DNA from: an uncultured virus (IMG/VR IMGVR_UViG_3300025120_000029)
Taxonomy: Duplodnaviria; Heunggongvirae; Uroviricota; Caudoviricetes
DNA: 64,000 nt
Strand: one strand, 5' to 3'
IMG/VR virus record: IMGVR_UViG_3300025120_000029
Notes under the pieces: generated by a model
Database searches by the model: none
The model's input: only the letters and a program-made list of their open reading frames with translations
What the model was told of the DNA's origin: nothing
Shown here: one piece after another, positions 57,801 through 64,000 of the stretch
How positions within the stretch are numbered: position 1 is the first letter of the stretch
Layout of the letters: every line of letters begins with the position of its first letter
Position numbers and translations under genes: made by a program

Positions 57801-60682
57801 CCAGGTTGAAGTAATCTAAGCTTTTCAGCTGCAGCTATAACTTTGCTATCACGCATAGAAATATTAGTTAATAACTTTTGCATTTGAGCTTTATAGATTT
57901 TATCCATTGTTGCTAATATAGCATCTTTACTTGTTGATAAATCTTTTGAATATAAGGCTGAATTAGATATATCAGGAACTGTTGTTAAAAGGGCTTGAAA
58001 GTCTGCCAAAGTAAATGTCATACCTGAATGATCTTGAATAATAACTTTATCAGTTGGATCAAAACCATCTCTCATGTTTACTCTAACAACTTCTTCAGCA
58101 AAATCAAACAGTGCTCTATTTACTAATCCTTGTCTATCAATCTTTCTATTAACTACTGAGGCAGGACCATTTAGTTCAATTAATACTGCATTAATATTAT
58201 TTATTAAATATCTTTGTGTAGCATTTAATTGTTCTATTAAACCTTTGTTTTGTTTAAAGCTATACAAACCCTCAAAGGTTGTCATAAATCTATTAAAACC
58301 TAATACTTTATTAATAAAACCATCTTCTTTGACATTATCTGGATTACTAATATAATCTTTGTATTCTTTCATTTGTCTTAATGAATCCTGCAACAATGTT
58401 GTATATGTAGTAGATATATCTTTATTATTTTCTGGATCAATCAATGCTAGATCTATAATAGCTAAAGTATTATCTATTTGTTCTTTAGCTTCTGCACTAC
58501 TTCTTTCCATGTAGATATTACTTTTTACTTTGTCTAACATTTCTTGTTTAGTAACAATAGCTAATCTATAATCTTTGATTGCACCAAATACAGAACTTAA
58601 AGCTACATTTTCATATGGATCTACAACTTCTATGTCTTCCATTAATGCATCTTCTATTTCTTCTTTTCTTGAATCATATGCAATTCCATCAGTACCACCT
58701 TCGTCTAATTTTTGATCTAGCATTTCTCCTTCAACATTATAAACTGTCTCAGGAATTAAATAGTCTACATTAATACCATTATCCATTTCATTATGCGGAA
58801 CTGTACTTGTATATTCTAGTTTAGGGAGTGTAGATATATCATCATTTATTTGAATATTTATAGTTGATCTAGCAAATTTATCCATATCCACCTTATATCC
58901 CATGTTGGTAGCCATTCTAGCTATAAGATTTATCTGAATAGCATCTTGTACTCTAAGAGGTAGCTCAGAAACATTATTATTTTTTAATCTGTTACCAGAT
59001 GCTAATGGAACTAAGACATCTTCATATCCAGATGCTTGATCAGAATTAATTATATTAATTTTTATAATTTTTAAATTACCAAACTTATCAACTAATACTA
59101 TATCTGCTTTTGCAGCAACATTAGTTTTAGGGTCAGAAAAAATAACATTAGTTAATATAACATCACTATCATTTTTGATTGTTACAATATCAGCTTTAAT
59201 GTTTTCAAATGCTGCTTGTGCTAATTCTTTGTCCAATGATAAACCTTCAGATATTTCTTCAAAAGTTTTATATGATGCCACTGCATCAACTATAGTACTA
59301 ATATCATTTTTAATTGCTGTAGAAAACTTATCAGTTTTACCTATAACCTCACCAGCTGATTGATATGCTTCTCTTGTATTTATATCATAAAAAGTATTAT
59401 TGTCTTTGTTAAGAACCACTAGGTTGTTAATAAAGTTATTAGGTGTGTTAGCAGATAATGAATCTGATAAAGCAGCTGTTTCTTTTATATTATGAAACAT
59501 TTCATTAATAACTGTTTTTTGTTGGTCTGTCCTAGAAGACTTCAAAGCTTGATTTACTAAACTTTGTTTTTCTGGTGTAAGATTATATCTTACTCTACCA
59601 TTGATAGATTGACCTGTTTCAAAAGATATACCTGAAGTATTTAATAACTTAGCTACGTCAGACAAAGTTAGATCAGATCTTATTGCTTGTACTGGTAATT
59701 TTCTACCAGTTATATATTGATTAAGGTTTTCAATTATATTTTTAAACCACTTAAGCAATTCTTCTATACTATTTAAAAAAGACTGTGTAGGACTTTCTTC
59801 ATACTCTTTATTAAAATGTCTTGACAAAGCTTGAGTAACTACTTCCATTTCCCTTTCCTCTGCAGTTATATTTCTTTTCTTATTATATGCATCTTCTATT
59901 TGTTGAGTCATCTCAGGAAACATACGTCTAGATTCATCTAATAAAGTTTCATACAATGGAATGTTATCTACCTTTACTGCCTCTATAAAAGGATGTAGCA
60001 TTTCTTCAATTAGTATTTCATCAGTGACTCTACCTTTAATTAAAATAGCATTATTAGCAACATAAAAAGAATTAACCTGTGAAAAAGGTACTTTAGCTTT
60101 TCTCCACTGTGGTAATAAATCATACTTCTTTTTTGCTTCTGTAGGTGTAAGTAATTGTACACTTACATCAGGAAACATCCTCATTAAATGTTTTACTACT
60201 TGCCTTGCTCTAGGGGTGTCCCAAGATCTTGATTGAGGAAGCATGTCTTTTGCTGTAAATAAATTACTATTAACTGACACTGCATATGTTTTAGGAGTCT
60301 TATCTATATTTAATGAGTCTGCTGGTAAATTATTAGCCTCTAAATATCTTTTTGCTCTTCTAACATTTGAATCTATTAATGAATCACTTATCTGTAATGT
60401 ATCTTGATCAGTATTATTTATATAGTAAGAACCTTGATGACTATGAATAATCTTTTCTCTACTTAGATTATTTAATAAGGCTTGTCCAAATTCTTTTTGC
60501 TTTAAATTGTTTAAAGCTCTTTTATCTTTAACATATGAAGCAGCCTCTACTACAGTAGGAATTGCATCACTATCAGTTGATTCTTGCCAACTATTAATAA
60601 CATTAGTAGTTATAAGATCTGTTTTATAAACTTCTAATAATGCTATATACTCTGCCGTGTTTTTATTTGGACATTTTGCCAT
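54893..60682 (-). CDS. Giant virion (probably ejected) protein
   Basis: 1929 aa directly downstream of the vRNAP gene, as with crAss-like giant virion proteins. Contains EEMLHPF (zincin-like variant). Confidence 0.6.
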   Translation of the reverse strand: MAKCPNKNTAEYIALLEVYKTDLITTNVINSWQESTDSDAIPTVVEAASYVKDKRALNNLKQKEFGQALLNNLSREKIIHSHQGSYYINNTDQDTLQISDSLIDSNVRRAKRYLEANNLPADSLNIDKTPKTYAVSVNSNLFTAKDMLPQSRSWDTPRARQVVKHLMRMFPDVSVQLLTPTEAKKKYDLLPQWRKAKVPFSQVNSFYVANNAILIKGRVTDEILIEEMLHPFIEAVKVDNIPLYETLLDESRRMFPEMTQQIEDAYNKKRNITAEEREMEVVTQALSRHFNKEYEESPTQSFLNSIEELLKWFKNIIENLNQYITGRKLPVQAIRSDLTLSDVAKLLNTSGISFETGQSINGRVRYNLTPEKQSLVNQALKSSRTDQQKTVINEMFHNIKETAALSDSLSANTPNNFINNLVVLNKDNNTFYDINTREAYQSAGEVIGKTDKFSTAIKNDISTIVDAVASYKTFEEISEGLSLDKELAQAAFENIKADIVTIKNDSDVILTNVIFSDPKTNVAAKADIVLVDKFGNLKIIKINIINSDQASGYEDVLVPLASGNRLKNNNVSELPLRVQDAIQINLIARMATNMGYKVDMDKFARSTINIQINDDISTLPKLEYTSTVPHNEMDNGINVDYLIPETVYNVEGEMLDQKLDEGGTDGIAYDSRKEEIEDALMEDIEVVDPYENVALSSVFGAIKDYRLAIVTKQEMLDKVKSNIYMERSSAEAKEQIDNTLAIIDLALIDPENNKDISTTYTTLLQDSLRQMKEYKDYISNPDNVKEDGFINKVLGFNRFMTTFEGLYSFKQNKGLIEQLNATQRYLINNINAVLIELNGPASVVNRKIDRQGLVNRALFDFAEEVVRVNMRDGFDPTDKVIIQDHSGMTFTLADFQALLTTVPDISNSALYSKDLSTSKDAILATMDKIYKAQMQKLLTNISMRDSKVIAAAEKLRLLQPGVSKNRLYDFMLNFDENGQLKPDAYVQPLSLKFRERRRDLFAATQDEAGVPFQYADVTNLEEAKKTAQGRKDIEWNKKLSRLKTNVNQFMRAEIINDQKQPIDGDYHRYTQEFKDVRNVYEEWNSRSFSWEKRSGVSKNDYTKYRAKYYRTTDYVKAFKKAGEPTGQIKRDETYPSVKQDYIEPRLIARPIDPKTGKPEDMRSQKYIDIMDPKVNDALAVARREYYDMFIELYEGEMLSKLPPQTRQKMLGSIPLVKSNIADDLKKNAYGGFFTRMWAKSSRSMKNLFTSTTEQKTVVVNELGERVDSMPIFFTGNPRVEERLTQLENKITQLKEDYKNKKIKLKEYNKQRNILEGLVQKQRSQPTIGEVSTDLTDSLLQFNRMAEHFETMGAVEDTINALIKVLEKRSYIESGGNLVTGMLDKVTPEKWNIKGEAGNEGLQKNVVRRARMWQKMVLYNNAKDSKGFVDRFVEVLVSVSSLAYVAFNPFGNINNFVLGQVNNTIEGIGGRFFSRKAYLRAEKEFNTEGMAGIIKRTAMYGIPEVVDVSTIGATNFAGRSYDPNKPTNKYEGVNEFWRMMDDSQDIRESGRESSGQKTIWERFKAIGYTLQDGFEYAVQTKIGSAVLFDTQLIAKDGTSASMYDAAQWDPVKKEITYDKKWIKYVPNKVTGIEVEIGGPLTQSTKAFADIRNEIREVNKQTHGNYARIDRTVAQNHWLGVVLFQFHKWFPPAMRARFQQQYYDQNLGWMEGRYRSSLQFLRYSLKQVATGKVKMSEVVSEYKNSVRENNQTDSGGEISASDMEALVQNKVGNINRTVGEASMIILSMMMMSLLENAWDDDEGDEPLWVKKIKNFAKYQTQRTYKEMVMFVPISPDGVQELFAMIGSPIASTRTLGELAEAFSVGLGTLAYGSYYGFDSPEFREDSDLVYQNKPRKGDLKFWKNLADAAPILSSIQKWESFEKLDSWYIGN

Positions 60683-60684
60683 AA

Positions 60685-63600
60685 CTATAAATTACATTTT
60701 TTAATTTGATCAATTAATTCTTGTGGGCTACCCCACATAGAGTTAGGATTCCTATCATACAAATCTAATAAATCTTCTAAACTATTAATATTATTTTCTC
60801 TTTTAAAGTTTTTAACCTCTGTACTAAATGAACCATCTTCTATATTGCTATCCCAAAACTCTGTTATTTCAGGATGACTAATAAAAGGATCAAACATATC
60901 TAACTGACCTATCAACTCCTGTCTATTCTCACTAATAGGAAGCTCTTCTACTTCTAATATACCTAGTTCTTCAGAAGTAATATTGTCTGTTGCCTCTGCA
61001 ATTGATGCCGCAATAGCATCTAATTCTGCAGTGTCTACTATATTTACACTATCTATAATTACTGATTCGTCTGTTACATCCAGATTAATAGATTGATTAC
61101 GGAATATTTGTGGTACAGTTTTACTTGTATCTTCTGTTTCTTTAACAACCTCTGGTGTGCTTTTTGATACTTCAGGTTTCTCCATCATTTGTTTTAGAGT
61201 AGGTCTATTACCAAACATAAATCCTGCACCAAACTGTAAAGGAGAACCTATCAAATCAACTGATGTTTTTTCTTGATCATTTCTTTGATATATAGTTGAT
61301 TCTATACCGGTCTGACGGTCTATAGTATCCATCCTTTTTATTGCAATTGAATCAGTTTCAGAATTAAACTTTCTTGGTAATAACTTAGCATTAGATGCAG
61401 ATAGCAAATAGTTTTCTACAAAAGATGTCGTACCTCCAGCATCTGTAAATTCTTTAGATCTTAAATATTTTTCTGTAGAATTAATTTCAGATAAATAGTC
61501 TTCTAGAACATACGGGCTAATTGATTCTAATAAACCACCCGGTGCTAATTGTAAACCATCTTTAACCATAATATAATTTATAACAGTTTTTGCAAATTGT
61601 CTTGTATCAGGGTTATTGTATAATTTATTAAATGAGGTTTGTAGATCATATTTTTGTAATCTATTTAGCTTTCTCCATGTGTTTGCTTGAGCTAGATACA
61701 AACCTGATCTATTACCCTTATCAGTTGGTTTGTATGTTGTAACAAAATCAAATAAAAAGAAATTGCCAGGATCACTTATTCTAAGTTGTTCTACTGCATG
61801 CCATACATTACCTTGTTCATTATCTTGTCCTGGATATAGTATACCGTTACTTAAAGGATTATTTTTATCTATATTTTGATATGCACTTAATGTGACAAAT
61901 GCTAATACATCTTTTTTAACTTTTGTTCTAACGGCCTCACTATTCTTATATAAGTTTGTATCTAATCTTCCAACTAATTCTGATGTAATTCTTTTTACAC
62001 CTGGTGTCTGTGATAAAAACATCTTTGGTAAAATATTTACATTTATGTCTGATAGTTGTTCAGATAATCCAGATAGATATGAACTACTCAACATATTTCT
62101 TACCTTTATAAAATAAGGATTTTTTATAAAATCATTTATGCTTTCTACCCTTTGAGAAATACTATCAATGTTTTTTCCTAATCCATTGTTAAGACTTACT
62201 AGACTATTTAATTTAACCGTAAAATTAGATATAGTAATTACTTTTGCAAAAACCTGTAAGGCCCCTTGTAATTCAAGTACTTCTAAATTATCAGCTACTC
62301 CTCTTTCTAAAGCATCTTTATCAGGAACTATACCCTTTACTATTTTTCCTTTATCATCTCTTTCTATTAGATCATTTATTCTATCTCCAATAGAAGGAGA
62401 TATACCATCACTATTATCAATTTGTCTATATATATCTTGTATAATTTTTTGATTTAAAAGTAGTATAGAAGTTTCTAACGGAACACCAAGTTGAATCATA
62501 TTTGATAACATACGTGTAGCATGAGCGTTCAAACCTAACTTACTTACCAAAAACTCTTTAGCATTGTCTGTCATAGCAACTATTAGAGAAGACATTAAAT
62601 CTTGTTTTCTCATTCCGTTTTCATTTAAAGTTCCACCAAAAGACTTATACTCTTTACCATCAAGCTCAAACTTTAAAGTACCTAAACCTATTTTATATTC
62701 TTTAAATAAAGACAAATATAAATTTGGTGAAACTACTGAACCAATTGAAGCACCCTTATTGTTTGTAAAAGCAACAGTTTGTCCAGTAAGGGTATCTATA
62801 TCTTTACCTGCTTGGTTAGTTCTTTCTGAAAAACCAGGTAATTTTCTAACACTCTCCCAAACATTCTTTAATAAATCTAAGTTAGACGGTCTATAAGCTA
62901 TTGGATATGTACCTGATGTTAAATAATCATTACTTACTAATTGACGTTTATAATCTACTAGTTTATTGCTTACAGGTGCTTCATAAGGAGCCTGCTTATT
63001 ATCTTTTACAAATTGATTAAACTCACTTTGAGTAATAGGCATACCTAATACTTTTAAAGCACCAACAGCATTCTTACTAAAGCCAGCATTTTCAGCAGGT
63101 GTTTGATCTATATCAACTAATGAATCAGATATTATAACACCTTGTAGTTTATATAATTTTATAGCTTCAGAATATTGGTTTCCTGTTTCATTAACCTTTT
63201 TGTTTACATAATTAATATAACTAGAATAATTATTTTCATATGCTTTAAACTCACCTTTCTCTACATAAAACTCCTTCATGTGTATGTATGCTTGATCTAT
63301 ATCAAAATCTGCACCAGACACTTCTATAAGTTCATTTGAAAACATTGCTGAACCTCCCATGAAGTTGGGTAAAAAATCTACAACCTTTACATTAAAGGCA
63401 GAATGATAGTCTTCACTAGGTATACGTACAGCATACATCTCACTAACTACATCAGGTATAGTATTTTTATATCTTCTATATTTACTCTTATAAGCCAATA
63501 AGTCATTTACTTCTTTTGATTGAGGAGGCATAATTGCTTCAGAATATCTTTGACCTTGATATTCACCACCTTTATATTCTTTTAAGTTATATCTTAAACG

Positions 63601-64000
63601 GTCTACTATAATAACACCTTCAGCTGGTAAAGGATCACCAGTGTTTAATTCTTCAAGGCTTCTATTATCTAATGTAAAGTTTCCATTAAGAAATTCATTT
63701 TCTCTTATTACTTCTTGTCTATCAGGAGTAACTTTACCATTAAAGGTTTCTATACTAAATACTCTTCTGTATACATTCTTTCCTAATGATGATACTAATG
63801 CAACACTAGTTCCATTTACTTTTTCTTGAAAAACACCTTGACTAAAGTATGTCAAGAACAGCTGTTCATATTTACTTATAGTATAAGGGTTATCTAAATT
63901 ATATTTAAGTTGATTGTTTTCATCAGAACTAAAAAATTCAATTAGATTACTAGTTGATTGACCAGCCTGTAAAGAATTAACTGCATACTTAGAAAACAAT
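60685..64000 (-). CDS. Virion RNA polymerase (C-terminal part; runs off the window edge)
   Basis: RIPSEDYHS...VVDFLP...G...E...SGADFDID, the DFDID catalytic motif of crAss-like virion RNAPs. Also AMTDNAKE...KLGLN. Confidence 0.85.
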   Translation of the reverse strand, partial: LFSKYAVNSLQAGQSTSNLIEFFSSDENNQLKYNLDNPYTISKYEQLFLTYFSQGVFQEKVNGTSVALVSSLGKNVYRRVFSIETFNGKVTPDRQEVIRENEFLNGNFTLDNRSLEELNTGDPLPAEGVIIVDRLRYNLKEYKGGEYQGQRYSEAIMPPQSKEVNDLLAYKSKYRRYKNTIPDVVSEMYAVRIPSEDYHSAFNVKVVDFLPNFMGGSAMFSNELIEVSGADFDIDQAYIHMKEFYVEKGEFKAYENNYSSYINYVNKKVNETGNQYSEAIKLYKLQGVIISDSLVDIDQTPAENAGFSKNAVGALKVLGMPITQSEFNQFVKDNKQAPYEAPVSNKLVDYKRQLVSNDYLTSGTYPIAYRPSNLDLLKNVWESVRKLPGFSERTNQAGKDIDTLTGQTVAFTNNKGASIGSVVSPNLYLSLFKEYKIGLGTLKFELDGKEYKSFGGTLNENGMRKQDLMSSLIVAMTDNAKEFLVSKLGLNAHATRMLSNMIQLGVPLETSILLLNQKIIQDIYRQIDNSDGISPSIGDRINDLIERDDKGKIVKGIVPDKDALERGVADNLEVLELQGALQVFAKVITISNFTVKLNSLVSLNNGLGKNIDSISQRVESINDFIKNPYFIKVRNMLSSSYLSGLSEQLSDINVNILPKMFLSQTPGVKRITSELVGRLDTNLYKNSEAVRTKVKKDVLAFVTLSAYQNIDKNNPLSNGILYPGQDNEQGNVWHAVEQLRISDPGNFFLFDFVTTYKPTDKGNRSGLYLAQANTWRKLNRLQKYDLQTSFNKLYNNPDTRQFAKTVINYIMVKDGLQLAPGGLLESISPYVLEDYLSEINSTEKYLRSKEFTDAGGTTSFVENYLLSASNAKLLPRKFNSETDSIAIKRMDTIDRQTGIESTIYQRNDQEKTSVDLIGSPLQFGAGFMFGNRPTLKQMMEKPEVSKSTPEVVKETEDTSKTVPQIFRNQSINLDVTDESVIIDSVNIVDTAELDAIAASIAEATDNITSEELGILEVEELPISENRQELIGQLDMFDPFISHPEITEFWDSNIEDGSFSTEVKNFKRENNINSLEDLLDLYDRNPNSMWGSPQELIDQIKKCNL

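Noticed and set aside
1..64000. Stop-codon reassignment, which is common in some crAss-like phages
   Set aside because: Long genes are intact in the standard code, and both TAG (portal, nrdA) and TGA (dnaB, groES) end genes at natural boundaries.
1..64000. tRNA genes, CRISPR arrays, integrase, reverse transcriptase/DGR
   Set aside because: No convincing cloverleaf with a T-loop, no repeat-spacer array, and no RT or recombinase motif seen by eye. tRNAscan was not run.

Overview
This 64-kb AT-rich window is an internal part of a dsDNA bacteriophage genome with the hallmarks of a crAss-like phage (Crassvirales). The host is most likely a Bacteroidota (probably flavobacterial) species. Layout: (1) 1-13.0 kb, minus strand: head and packaging module (partial major capsid, acidic scaffold-like protein, portal, large terminase, GroES, PD-(D/E)xK nuclease, HU/IHF-like protein, amidase endolysin, cluster of tiny Lys/Arg-rich proteins). 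(2) 13.2-38.3 kb, plus strand: early and replication module (secreted LRR protein, HNH, SF2 helicase, UDG, DnaB, Sak4-like ATPase, SSB-like protein, primase, resolvase, VWA-metallopeptidase plus MoxR, two BRCT-like paralogues, exonuclease, family B polymerase, SET protein, DUF932-like protein, dATP/dGTP diphosphohydrolase). (3) 38.4-49.8 kb, minus strand: fibre and structural module with a holin candidate and more micro-proteins. (4) 50.1-52.7 kb: nrdB-nrdA. (5) 52.7-64 kb, minus strand: a secreted beta-barrel / membrane coiled-coil / Cys-less thioredoxin cassette, a 1929-aa virion protein, and the C-terminal part of the virion RNA polymerase (DFDID motif). The standard genetic code is used. 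The most notable candidates are the phage-encoded outer-membrane cassette, a phage LRR protein with a T9SS-like C-terminal signal, an unannotated 27-aa CDGSH peptide, strand-specific G-U-rich intergenic RNA structures, a recurring 18/19-bp post-stop motif, and a SET methyltransferase co-occurring with many Lys-rich micro-proteins. All family assignments come from motif recognition by eye; no database searches were run.
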